NCBI GenBank assembly: GCA_039621445.1
Contig: CP154954.1
Location: 30,632,395-30,696,394 of the forward strand
Origin: Euglena gracilis
Lineage: Eukaryota
Direction of reading: 5' to 3'
Length of the DNA stretch: 64,000 nt
In this document: piece by piece, positions 37,560-50,567 of the stretch
Layout of the letters: each line of letters opens with the position of its first letter
Position numbering within the stretch: the first letter of the stretch is position 1
The notes under the pieces: model-generated
Seen by the model: only the letters and a program-made list of their open reading frames with translations
The model's database searches: none
What the model was told of the DNA's origin: nothing
Program-made: the position numbers and the translations under genes

Positions 37560-39830
37560 CCAAAACATCTAATTCACGAAAAAAGTTCCATGGAGGGAAA
37601 TGGGGAGACAACCCCCTACACCAACGTTTGCAAAAAAGCCTGAAATGGTGGACAAAACAGGCTCCCCAAGCAATATGTTAACTCATCAGGGATGGAATTT
37701 AAACCCGCTCGGTTCACCCGGCAAAACTGGCAACACCTACCCAAAAAACCAGAGCAAATTTGGTCCTGAAACAGGCAGAAAAGACTATGCAGGACTACAA
37801 AAGAACTAGGTCACAGAATGTGAATTCAAACTCCAAACATCTCATACCGTGCCTTTTGGTTTCGAAACCAGAAGGGGGACAACCAAAGTGGAGGTTGATA
37901 AGCGACTGCAGGGAACTAAATCAACAGCTGGATCACATCCAGAATATTTTTCCTGTTTTAAAAAAAGGCTACTAGGCAGCCAAAATCGACTGAAAGGATG
38001 CCTATTTTCACATCCCAGTGAGCCAGGCCCTAAAGCCTTTTTTAAACCATCAGTTGGGGGGGGTGACATGGGAATTCGAGGCAGGCTTTTTGGCCCGAAC
38101 GTAATGCGCCAAATCTTCATGGGGGTCATGAAAACCTTCGAAAAACGTTGGAGAAAACGGGCCATTCAGGTATTCATATACCTGGACTACATTTTGCTGG
38201 TGAGCCCCACTGAGAACAATAACCAAAAAAATCTCATCACAGTGGTCAGAGATTTTCTGAAAGCAGTGTTCAAAATCAATGTCAAAAAGTCAACCCTACA
38301 GCCCACCCAAGTTTAAATCCTCTTGGGTTTCAACTCAACTTCCAAGAAGAGAAATTACAAGTGCTCCCCAGAAAGTAAAGACAATAAAGAAGGAGCTGGG
38401 AAAAATTGAGAAAAAAGCGTTCATGTCAAAAAGACAACTGGCTGCCATTTTGGGTGAGATTAAGTGCAATCTGATGGCCCTGCCCTTTTTAAGAGCTTTT
38501 ACATATTCCATTGCAAATGTTTTGGTGGCAAATTCCACATCCCCCTGGGATTCAAAACATCCCTTTAAAGGAACAAAATGCCCAATTGAGGGGAATAAAA
38601 AATTATACTGGACGCCTGGGGGGTAAGACCCTTCCCCCAAAGTGCAGCCATTGAGTTACACTCAGACACCAGCACCAATGCCTGGGGGGGGCTGGACATC
38701 CAAACAGGCAAAATTATGCAAGAATTCTGGAGATAAGACTCCGTTTTGCACATAAACCTAAATAGCAGACCCCATAAGAAGGTGGAAGATGGATAGTGGG
38801 GATTAATCTTTAGACCCCCAGTTTTTCCAATGGCTAAAACAACAGTTCAAAGAATTTATAAACGTGGAAACATACTTGTTTTCCTCCCCAGGAAACAAAA
38901 AATTACCAACGTTGTGGCCAGATGGTCACATTGGGAAACTTCAGGGGTGGATGCACTGTAATGTCCACTGGACAATCTAGGGGGATTGTCTGCGAACCCC
39001 CCTGGGGAATTATTCAAACATTTCTCCCCAGATAGAAAGAATTCCCACAGACCAAAGTTTTGACGGTCACCCTTTTTTGGGATTCAGCCGACTGGTGGCC
39101 CCAATTAATCAAAATGAAAGTGCAAGGGACCCCTGCTTCAAAATAACCCCTAACAGGGTTATGTTCACCAACTGCAAGGAGATGAAAAGTCCGCCCCCCA
39201 GGTGGCCCCTACTTTGCGTGATTTGCGCAGTCAAACTTTGAAGGGGAAAACGGAACAGTACTCGACCATTAACGATTTTGTGGGGTGAAATCCTGGCTTA
39301 AAGCACCATCAAAGCGCCTGCTGACTTTTATGGGATATTTGGACAAAATGGGGATACCATCCCTCAAGCCACCACAAACCAAGTGGCTGACGCTTTAATG
39401 CAATTATTCAAATTATCCAAGGCTTAGGCCCGTAATGTACACAGTTCTATGCTTTTGATCCCAGTGTTTGGTGGACTGAGATTCCTTTCGCTTTTGTCCC
39501 TGTATAAAAAACTTTGGAACCAAAATCTTGAAAAATAGGGAGCATTCTGGGTTCCCCTCCCAATCGTCTGGGGGAAGGCCAAAGCCCCTTTCCCCACTAA
39601 AAAATATACATTGCGTACACATGATATTTTTCTGCTCACGAGTCTTCTGTCTGTACAGATCTTCTGATTTGGCACAAATCAAACGCAGCACAAGTGCGTT
39701 GGGCATGGCGCCCCCCCCTTAGAAATTAGGCGTGAAGGCAAGAAATTCCACACGTGGGGAAGGGTTGTGTCCATAGCCAGTGTCCCCAGATCAGTCCCTT
39801 TCATTTAATGCTTTCATATTTTTCCTCCAA
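37560..39830 (+). mobile_element. Decayed DIRS-like element G (RT/RH/N6A-MTase/YR start)
   Basis: WRLISDCRELN, FIYLDYILL, LFSSPGNKKL, ANPP, RVFCLYRSSDL. Confidence 0.85.
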
Positions 39831-39869
39831 AGACCGTTTCGTTTCACCTCGGACCGCGCAAAACCCCTA

Positions 39870-41758
39870 GGGATTAAGTTATTTGACGCTGGGTGGGAGT
39901 GTGCACGCGCTCTCTCCGTCTCTGCTCACAAGCTTTCTTTTGCCGGACCTTGACATCGGTGTTGTCAGATAACATACCATACAGGCGCCGCCGAGGGTCC
40001 CCCCCTTGTTCTGATCTGCCCCAGCCATGGGTGGAATAATTTGCCCTGGGGGGTGTTGGGTGGGCCCCCTTTTCCTCCAATACACCCTGCGGGGCGTCGA
40101 CCTGGGGCTGCTGAAGTTGAATTATGAAAGGTTTGCACCTTAGCTTCTGGGACATTTCTGGGTCACCCCTTTGGCCCCCATGGCCTTGTTGACCTCGCAT
40201 TTGGCCTCCCTGGCCAGATAAATTCTGGTCTCCATTGCCCTGTGAAAACTGGCCTCCATGTCCCTGCACTTGTTGGCCTGCATGGCCGTGCAATTGAAAT
40301 TGAACAAAACTCTGGTCCATATGTCCTTGGTTTCCCCTCCATGTTGCTGTTCTGGACCATGGTCTCCAGCTCCACCGGAAACCTGGTGGGGCTGTTGTGC
40401 CCCCGCCTTCTTCCCATTGGGAGGGGTTGCTGTGTTAGAAAAATTGGCGGGATTTGACAGACCATTTCTTCCCCTTCCTGTGGGGAGTTGCTTGTGGAAT
40501 TTTTCCCCCATGAGCACCACGTTGTCCTTGATTCCATCTTCCGCGCTTTTGCATGAAATGCGTCCTGGCAGCTGGTTCTGCTTGTTGGACATGCCTTTGG
40601 AATCCTCTGGGTTTCTTTTGTCCCATCTGGCTTGGCTTTTGGACCCAGGTGTTTCTGCCCGTATTGGGCTGGGGGTTCCTCCCTCGTTCTGGTCTTTCTG
40701 AACACTGTCGTCCACCGACCGTGGCCGTCACTGGGTGGGGTTTTTTCTGGCAACTTTCTGATGAAGGGAACTGAGGGGAAGGGACGGCCACGGTTCGCCA
40801 TGTTGTGTCCGCACCTCCATGTTCTCCAGCTGCTGCGGCGGCTGCCGCTCCAGGTAGTTCACGTCGAGTGTTTGATTCCATTTCCTTCTTCACTGCATTG
40901 TCTATTGAACGTCAGATTTGAAATTGACAATTGGCCTGAGAATGGACACTCGTCGGGGTCGTGCCTTTCTGGATATGCTTATTCTGCTAACTTCTCCTTC
41001 TGGTTCTTCTTCGTTCGACTCTGCTCCTGTCTTCTGGTCCAAGTACACCTTCGTGTCGAAGGTGTAGACTGTTGGGGGTCGTCGACGGTCTGAGGGGGGG
41101 GAAGCACCCAAAGGACCATTTTTCAAAGTCGCGCATAACATCTCTAAGTGCGCGCTTAAATCCACTTTTCAGAAACTTTCCAATTCATTCTCCAGTTTGA
41201 ACAAAAACCTCAAAGGTAGCTAATTATCCCCATTTCACAGACATTTGTGGAATTTTTTATTGACCATTATCCGAAATTGAAGTTTTGGAAGCGGAATTCA
41301 AGTCATCAAGATTTATTGGATATTTGACAACTATTTGAATTCTACGGTGGAAGTGGATTGGTTCAATTGTGGCAGGGGATTTTCCAACTGCCGGACGCCC
41401 TCCGGCCACCTTCTTGACCCATTCCGGTGTGTGTGGACTCCCGGACATCGGTGTTGGTGTGTGGCATTCTTTGTGCTATCTGCTCTTTTTTGGGTTGGCA
41501 AACCGCATTTCGAAGGATAGCACCAAAGGTTTTCAATGGGAGTTTAGGGAATTTTTGAAATGTTGTTACCGATCCTACGCGGGGAGTCCCAGCCAGGAGG
41601 GAACCCGGGGGAAACACCCGAAAATGACTTGAGCCCACCATGTTTGGGAAAAAACCCGGTTCCGGCGGGGGCAACCGCACCCCCCCCCCCACGTGCTGGT
41701 GGCTGGGAGGACGGACCCCGGCGAGGGGGGGCCTGGCCTGGCCCTGGCACGGGGAGGG
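39870..41758 (-). mobile_element. 5' relic of LTR element L (LTR end, PBS-like site, decayed gag-like frame)
   Basis: Minus strand ...AAACA followed by TGGTGGGCTCAAG (41628-41640); fragmented low-complexity ORFs. Confidence 0.4.
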
Positions 41759-42987
41759 AATTATGCTCTCCCAGTTAATTATACTTCGGCTCAATTCCTG
41801 TAAATAGCAATCCACCCCATGTGCCCATTGGTCCCGTGAGTCAAAACCATCACCCCCCATCATCTGACAATTTGATTCGGGGGGCTGTGGTTCAAAAACA
41901 GGGGGCTGAAAAACAGGTAATTCTGGTTCCTCTGGTTTCCTCATCCCCTCTCATTTCCATGTTAGACCCTGCATGATTTAACAGCCCGGCTGGCCCCCCT
42001 ATGGCCAGATTGGAAGATTCAGGTGTTAAATTTGTTGATGTTAAATTTTCAGGGTCTGGCTCCTTCAAAATTGCCATCCCCTCGTTGGCTGTTAATCTAC
42101 GGTCCACTGAAAATCTGTCCTCCAACAAAAGCACAGGTTCACCCGCCTCGATCTGTGGAATTTGTGTCCCAAAATCTGGACACTGATTTCCAAACTGGCT
42201 GTGCAGCTGGGGGGTTTGCATCAGAAACCCGAAATTCGCAGAAAATTCTGGCAAATTTTGTTCAAGATTTTGATTTCTGGGAGGTACCCAGCCTGCTGCA
42301 ATCAAAAATCTTCCATTTCTCTCAACCGGTCTGGGTTTTGTACACCCTTCTCCTCCGTTTCACAGTTACTTTGATACGACGGGGAGGATTCTGCCCACCG
42401 AACCAGCTGATTTTCCCCTTTTGGCTGTGAATTTTCCCCCTGTGCAGTTATCACACTTACGGGGACTGAGTTTACAGGGCTAACCCCTGATTTTTCAGAC
42501 GAGAAATCTGAATTATCATCTGGAGCAACCTGTGATTGTGTGTTAAATGACTGGGAGCTGGGAATTGAATTGAATTGAGATTGCTTTGAGATTGAAGACT
42601 GGCTGAGAGAATATGCAGAAAATCCTGAATGATTCTAACCACTCAACCAATCAGTTGATTGAAACAGCCCCTCAGATTCCACAGATTCTGCAGGTCTGAC
42701 ACTCTGACTGCGGGGGCTGGTTTCTGAAAAATCTGCTGGCTGACCTGAAAAGTTCTGTGATTCCACATTCACAGAATTAGCGACATTTGTGTTTGCTTTT
42801 GAAAAATCTGTGACCATGCCAAAATTTTCAGCAAGATTTCTGCTGGCTGTGCCATCAAAACTTTCCGTGTTTTCTGGGCTGAAAACTTTTTTGCCGACAG
42901 GGCTGGCAAAACGTCCTGTGATTGTCGTGTTCAGGGGTTCTGAAAAATCTTCACTGACAGGGTCAGTGAAGCTACCTCTGCTTACCA
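41759..42987 (-). pseudogene. PBS plus gag N-terminus, probably the inverted 5' part of element C
   Basis: PBS TGGTAAGCAGAGG at 42975-42987 is identical to that of B; the downstream frame resembles the N-terminus of B gag. Confidence 0.6.
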
Positions 42988-45704
42988 TATTCAGGTTCCG
43001 CACCCCTCCCCCAGGTCGTAATTGAGAATCGGCTGGAAAATTTTGAGAAGAATTTGGCTGAAGAAAATGCCAGAGCACAGGCAGAACTTTTGCAATTCAT
43101 CCATGAAAATTTGGAGAAACGAACGGCTGAAATGTGCAGCCAGTTTGAACACGAAAAGCAAAAAAGTCAGGAGCAAATTCAGCAATCAGTCAGCCAATTT
43201 ATTTTACGGTGCCAGCAGGGGGGGGGGGTGCAGTGGAAAACATTGCAAACTGCCACGAACAACTTTTGGGGAACGGAGTTCAAAGGCAGATCGAAGGAAA
43301 ATTTCATGATTTTGAGAAAAAGTTACGAGATTTTCTGGGCAGTGAACTAGCACAACTTGAGAGCTGTGGAAACGATGTCCAAAACAAATTGTTTGCACCA
43401 GGTGGGTTGGTCGAACAAGTTGGAATTTGTTTGCATTCTGTTGAGCAAATTAAGTCAGATTTTCAGAAGGAAATTTTGGCAATTCGACAAGCAAATCGTG
43501 AGCTATGCTCTGGGCTGGACAAAAAATTTGCTGAAACTGCTGCTGGGCTGAAAATTGTGGGGAGGAATCAAAGTCAAGTTTTGGGACCTTAACCCAGGAA
43601 ATTCAGCAGCGATTTGACGCATTAAAAAACGAGAGCAAAGCTCTGGGGAGCAGGGTCGCAGCAGTTGAGAAATTTCTGGGAAGCCAGGTTAAGGTGCCTT
43701 GGGATAAGGTGGTTGAAGTGCTGGGAAAATCAGAAGAAACAATTCAATTGGAAGTTCGGAGGGAAATGGCAACCCAGGTCAGAAAAATGATGGAAATTAT
43801 GATGGTGCAAATGATGGATGAAAAGCTGAGGCAAACGCAATGGAAGAAAATTTTGAAAAATTGCAAACTGACATTGAAAGTCGACTGAAACAGCAATTTT
43901 TCACAGTTTCGATGAACATGCAGACATATTTTCAGCGTGAAAAGAGTTAACGGGAGGGTTTGCAAAAACTGTGTCAAACTTTGCAGACTCGTATGTAAAG
44001 CATGGAGGGGAGGGTTCAGGAAATTTCAGCCAAAAAACACAGCAAATTGACCCCAAGGCACCTAAAGGGGCTCAGCCCAAGTCAACAAATCAGCCGAATT
44101 CTGGGATTTTTGGCATTAAGGGGGTGACACCGGCTCAATCATCTGGTTCAGGTTAAGGGGGTGACCCCAATGATGCCATGTGAAATCTGGGATGTTGATC
44201 TGGGCGGGTGCAGACCATCAAGTAGTTCACAGGGGGGTGCATTTGCAATAAATCAGGTTAGTGGCATTTGTGCCATTGGGGGGGCACCCCAGCGACCCCC
44301 AGTCATAAGCGTTGGTAACCCAGCGGTGCAGCATGTGTTGAGAAATTCGACTGCACCAAAATTTTCAGGGAAATCTCAAGATTGGCAGCAATTTTCTGAG
44401 GATTGGCAAGCATTTTCACGAAAACTGAACTCTGCAGGGGGGGAAGTGAGTGAAGATTTGAAAGTTGCTCTGTTGGAGGATTGTCTTGATGAAACGAGCA
44501 AAAAAATTCCGAAGCTCCATCTAAAGGAAGGGGGGATCAATTTTAATGCCGGGTGGGGTCGCCTGGAAACGACTTTTTCGCAGAATCAGGAGTCTGGGGC
44601 AAGGCAAAATTGGCAGCAGGTGAGCCTTTTTTATACGGGCAAAGTAGCCCTTGAGCACTGGCTTGAATTTCAGGCAAATTTCAAGATGGCCAAGTGCAAG
44701 GTTAAGGATGCCGGGGAGGGGGAAGCAAAACGACTTTTGTTGCAGAAACTTCCTTTTTTCATCCTGAAATGGGTTTCAGATGAGGAGGAAAGGAGGCTGA
44801 ATAATCAGCCAACTTTACGCCTGAAGGTGCCAGGGAATAGGAATTCAGAAATGGTTTCGCAAAGTTTGGGGAGAATACTTGGGAAAAGACCAACAAAAGT
44901 GTCGGAAATTCACGAGGGGGAATTTGAAATCAATTTCCCTGACATTTATGCCTATGAAAAAGTCAAAAGTTTTCATGAAAAAGAGTTTGACGATTCAAAA
45001 GTTTTGTTTCAGGTTCAGGAAATTGAACCGGTTTGACCACCGAGGATATTTTCAACCTCGTGAAAACAAAGTTGACACTCAGAAACAAGCATGACGCCTT
45101 ACAAAGTTCTGTTTCATTCCCAGGCTATCAAGGGTTTAGGCGTTCAAGGTCGGTGGGTGCTGAAAATAGAGGGGGGAGGCAATCGGGGAGTCGGAAGAGT
45201 TCACCTGGGTCAACCCCGGGTAGGGCAACGACACCTCCCCCAGCCAGAAGCAGATCACAAATCAGCGAAACAGCAAAACCTGATCAATCTGTTGCGGTTT
45301 CATCTTCAAATGTGCAGCCATCAAGCAATTCTTCAAGGCTTTCAACGGTGGAGAACCCACCCAATGTGCAAAGACCCGTAGTGGGGGGGACACAATGGAT
45401 CCCACCCCACTCACAACCAACAATGCTGTATGTTGCTAGACAAGGTCCGTGGAATAGAAACAATTTTCAGTCGTATGGCAAGGGCAGCCAATGGAAAGGG
45501 GGGAACAATTCCCAAGGATATGGGGCTAATAACTCCCAATGGTATGCGGGTAACCAACAGGGGTACAAGGGGAAGGGTGGTAAGGGAAGGGGGAGAGGCA
45601 AAGGTTATGACCAGAATTTTAGTGCCAAAGTGGGGAAGGGCAAAAACAATAACTTACACCAACGGTTTAGGGACGCCAGGGTAGAAAATTTCAGGGGTTT
45701 ATGA
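42988..45704 (+). pseudogene. gag: gag of element C
   Basis: Coiled coil, PKFSGKSQDWQQF...EAKRLLLQKLP homologous to B gag, GKG-rich tail. Confidence 0.85.
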
Positions 45705-46066
45705 CCCCGGGCAGTGAAAACCACAACCCAGCTTCTAAACCCGACCCTTCCACCCGTAACCTCCAATCCACCAATCATCTTACCACAAACGAAATGACCG
45801 GGAGCTGAGCTTGGAGTGAAGTCAAATGGGCTGGCCGAGCCCAGCATGATGGATTGAGGGAGCGAGAAACCAAGACCCCCCGGAGCCAAGGAGAGCAGGC
45901 ACGGCCCGGAGGCGGGCGAAGGAGGTATGAGGGGGAAGCAAATCTCCTCCCATTCCTTTCGCGTGCACATCCCTCCCCATTCCACATGCCAAGCCAACAC
46001 TATTATGATTTTTTGAGCGAGAATAGGCGGGCCTCAAACAAAAAGTAGGCCAGAAAATTTCCCAGG

Positions 46067-46665
46067 GCATTTGACCTCTTTTCTGGGAAAAATTCAGTGG
46101 GAAATTAATTGTGAGAAAAGGGTTATGAGGTGATTTTGGTGGACATCAACCCAGGTTTTCACCCAACCCATCCCGTGGACATCCTAGAGTGGGAGTATCG
46201 TGTATACCCCCCTGGATATTTCCAAGTCATAACGGCTAGTGTGCCTTGCACGGAGTATAGCCGTGATAAGACAGTGGGAGAAAGAAATTTGGAGTGGGAA
46301 GACCAAATTGTGACAAAAACTTTGGAAATTGTCGAATATTTTCAGCCCAATTTATGGTGGATTGAAAATCCCCGAACGGGACTTTTTCCAAAAAGGCATT
46401 GTGTGCGAAAATTCAATTTCATCGATGTGGATTATTGTCAATTTTCAGATTGTGGATATCAAAAGCCTACCCGCATTTGGGGGAGTGAAAATCTGTTGAG
46501 TTTGAAGGACAAACTTTGTGATGGGAAAACCTGCCCCCATTTGATTGTCAGTGAGGGGGGTGGTTTAGTACTCAAAGAACAATTGGGAAGAAACGGAATG
46601 AGGGTGAGCACTCAACAAAAATGGAGGGTACCTGAAAAAATGGTCATGTACCTTCTTTCGGCCCT
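46067..46665 (+). pseudogene. DNA cytosine-C5 methyltransferase domain of C
   Basis: AFDLFSG, TASVPCTEYS, IENPRTG, YQKPTRIW; two stops in the N-terminal part. Confidence 0.88.
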
Positions 46666-46689
46666 TGATTTTAAGGAGGAAAAGTTTTC

Positions 46690-47040
46690 CTTTAAGCATG
46701 AAGATTATGCCGTTCGGAATTCATTTGTGCAAATGATTGAGGAGAAATGTAAAAGGAGGGCCGAGGTGGATTGTTTTGCTTCTACCCAAAATTCTCAGTG
46801 CACATCATATTTGACCGAGAAGGGAAATGCTTTGGCGGTACCATGGGGAGGGGGGGGGTACGGTTTGGTTAAAACCCCCCTGGACATTGTGGCCAAAGGT
46901 GGCAATGAAGTTGCAAAAGGACCCTTGTGATGCCACTTGCATCTTACCTGATTGGAGCAAAGGTTGGGTAAGGGAACTTGTTCAGAAGGCACCAAAAAAA
47001 GTTGTATTTTCCACCCGGAACCAAGCTTTTTGAGGTGGAT
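46690..47040 (+). pseudogene. Dam-like DNA N6-adenine methyltransferase domain of C
   Basis: EDY...VDCFASTQNSQC...NALAVPW, then a frameshift in a G-run, then VWLKPPW...CILPDW..W. Colinear with the DIRS MTases in this window. Confidence 0.75.
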
Positions 47041-47057
47041 GGGAAATCAATGGGGGG

Positions 47058-50000
47058 GTGCGAGGTGTGGGAGTTTGGGCCTTGTTGATAGAGGGTAATA
47101 AGCCCCCCGCCAACACCAGCAACCCCAAGAAACCAAAGGCGGTACATTTGAAATCGCGGATGGTTAAAAAGAGATACCCACCCACAGGGAGTGAGACATT
47201 TTTGAAGGACCCACAAATTTTGATTCGGACAAGGGTTGTTTTAGGGAACGGGGAGGAACAAAATATGGACATTTTGGTGGACACCGGTGCCGAGGCTAAC
47301 CTCATAAGACAAGGGTTAGTGAGTGAGCACCTAATGTATTCGGCCGAACACCCCTTGAGGTTTGAAACCGCTAGCAGTCAAGCCTTGAGTGGTGGGGGGA
47401 GGTGCACTAAGGTGGTGATGAAGTTGCAAGGGGAGGTGAGTGATAACACCCCACCCACAGATTTTGAGTACGATGTGGAAATTTATGAAGCCAATATCAA
47501 AGTGGACGCAATTTTATCATACCCATGGCTTGTATGCACAAAAATCGGAATTTTTCCACATCACCTTGCTTTGGTAGTGGAGGAACCCGAATTGACATTT
47601 TTGTTCGGTGTGAGAGATCATAGGAGAAAACGGCAAGGAAAGGTCCCTTGCACCCTTCCCCAAGGGGGGGAGGTGACAAATTTGGAAAAGTTTGGCTTTC
47701 ACCTTCCGATGGAGGGTTTTGATCAAAGGGGACAAACCTTGGATGGGCGCTCACTCAAAATTTTGGGCAAGAATTTGGAAATGGCAAATGAAAACCACCT
47801 ACCTATTCGCAAAATGATCATTGCAAGGGAGGGGAGGGGAATAATGAAACGGAATCCGAAGAGGAAGAGAGAATAAGGAAGCTAAGAGAGGAAATTTTTG
47901 GAAGGTATGATGGAACCGTATTTCGGTCAAAGGTACAACCCGACCCACCCGTAAGAGGACTATGTGGTTATGCGTTCATATATTTGCAAGAAGGAGCGCG
48001 GCCCACCCGACAAAAACCATTTTTCATGCACGGGGAACAGAAAGAAGCTTTGGAAAAAATCAATCAAGATTGGATCGATATGAAATTCATCGAGCCAGCC
48101 ACAACAAAAAAATCAGAATGGCTCTCACAAACATTCCCTGTGCCCAAAAAGTCAGCCGATTTTCCTTGGAGGGGGGTTGTTGACATGAGGGGGCCCAACA
48201 GCCAATCCCGTAGGTGCAACTACCCTCTTCCGAAAATCGAAGACATCCTGGTGAGGCATGGCGCAAACCAAACGTTCTCCATTTTGGACTTAAAACAAGC
48301 CTTTCACCAACAGCCGCTTCACCCGGAGAGTAGGCCTATAACTTGCTCCTTCACACCAAAGGGTCTTTACCAATGGAGGGTGAATGTAATGGGGTTAACT
48401 AACGCCTCACAACAATTCCAACAAATGATGGATGACCGTTTAGCACCCGTAAGGGATATTGCTACCCCATACACTGATGACATTTTGGTAGGGACTACCG
48501 TCGGGGAGGTGGAGGATCTCCTCGAAGCACACAAAAGGGATTTGTGTAGAGTGTTGAATTTACTCGCCGAGGAAGTTTTTGTAGTGGACCCCAAAAAAGC
48601 GGAATTATTCATCAAGGAAGTGGAATTTTGTGACCAGATTTTGGGGCATGGCACGCGTCGGCCGGCCCCCGGCAAATTACGTGCCATTGAGAAATGGGAG
48701 GTTCCTACAACCATAACGGCCTTAAGGGCTTTCCTCGGTTTCAAAAATTATTACAACACCTACATACACATGTATGCCCAAGTTGCGGCACCTTTGCAAG
48801 ATAAGTTGAAGGTTTCTAGGGAGGAAGGCAAGAAAGGGAGCAAAAAATGGGTTGTCTTCAGGGAGGTTGAACACAAAGCATTTGAGGAGCTAAAGAAACG
48901 GTTGTGTTCCGGTTTAATTCTTCAAAGGGTAGACCCCGATAAACCCTTTGCTTTGAGACATGATGCAAGTGGGTATGCCGTAGGAGCAACTTTAGAACAA
49001 CTAAAAGAAGGAAACGGTACGCCCACACCCCAATATATTTTAGACAAAAGAACGGTGCCTGTTGCTTTTATGTCCCGAAAACTCACCGAGGGGCAAAGAA
49101 AATGGACCTCCCGGGAATTGGAGACATATGCCATAATTTTGGCACTGCAAAAATGGGAGAGTTGGATCGGTCTCAAACCCATTTTGGTGTTGACCGACCA
49201 CCAAAGTTTGGAGGCATGGACAAAGGAAGTGCCCGACACCTCAAATGGACCGGTGGGGAGGAGGGCACGATGACACCAAATTTTCTCAAAATACGATTTG
49301 GCAGTGGGGTAAATTCCGGGGAAGGAAAACACTATTGCCGACATTTTAAGTCGGTGGGCGTACCCCGCTTCGCAAGCTCTAAGGGACATTAGTAAACATG
49401 GTTCGGCCGAAGATAAGAGGGAACTGGAGGAGCTCATAAGAGAGGAGAGGGAAGATGAGAAAAATTGCTTGTTGTTCAAATTCAAAAATCAGCCTAACGC
49501 TCGTAACGTGTGGACAAGGGGGCTGGTAACCCGCAGTGGAAAAGAGGTGGCACCCAATTTTGTGGATGATGCATCAGGGAGTGGTACCGAGAGTGTAGAA
49601 AGTCCGGGAAGAATAAACACCACCGAATACACTCACTCACAAGGGCCTAGGAATTTTGGTTCGAAAAAGGGTAAGAGGAGAGTTACCTTCTGGGATGGAG
49701 TGGACCCTGTGGGAAATTTGGTGACTAGCCCAAAACTTCCAACTAATGAGTTACCGAGGGGGGTGACGGAAGAAGGTGTGGGCACACCAACTCCAAGTGC
49801 AACCCCCAAGCTAACAAAATCAGTTTGGGACAGAGATTTGGTAGTTGCGTATACCGAATGCCCCACTTGGAAGGAAATTTGGCTAGCAACTCAAAATGAC
49901 GGTTAGTGGCCAAAAGGTGTGAAAGTTCACAAGGACCGTATTTTTTTTGAGGAGAGGTTGTGTGTCCCATTTTCTTTTCAGGAATTCATTGTACAAGAGG

Positions 50001-50530
50001 TTCATGAATTCTTGGGACACGTTGGTCCGGAAAAGGTGTGGAATTTCATCATTTTGCGGTACGCATGGGCTGATGAAAAAAGGGCACGTGTTTTCAATGA
50101 AAGTTGTTCCAAAAATTGTGTCACGTGCCAAGCAAGTTCAAGGGGGGAGACTTTGAAGGGGCCCGTAGATTCAACACTCATTCCAGTGGCACCCATGGTG
50201 AGTGTGGCCTTAGATCTTTTCAAAATGCCATTGGTAAAGTATGAGGGGAAAGTTACAATACCATGGCGGTGTGTGTTGACCGGCACTCCGGTTGGATCGT
50301 GGACATACCATTTTTAGAAAAAGGATTAACGGGTGCAAAATTGGCAAAGGCAATGCTCAAACACTGGAGGCTTTTGGGGATTCCTTCAATCATTTCTAGT
50401 GACCAAGGGAGTCATTTCGTGAACACATGGTGGCAAACCATGTGCTCATTTTTGGGAATTCAGCAAGCTTTTTCTCAAGCCTACCACCACCAAGCCAACG
50501 GGCGGGTGGAAAGGGCGGGGCAACAAGTCA
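47058..50530 (+). pseudogene. pol: PR-RT-RH-INT of element C (truncated in integrase)
   Basis: LVDTGAEANL, LDLKQAFHQ, YTDD, DASGYAVG, HEFLGH..CVTC, SSDQGSHF, QANGRVER. Confidence 0.95.
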
Positions 50531-50567
50531 TGGCCCTGGCACGGGGGAGGGGTGCGGCCCTGAACAA

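Noticed and set aside
46067-47040. Bacterial restriction-modification locus or contamination
   Set aside because: The MTases are fused within retrotransposon pol; there is no nuclease or operon context.
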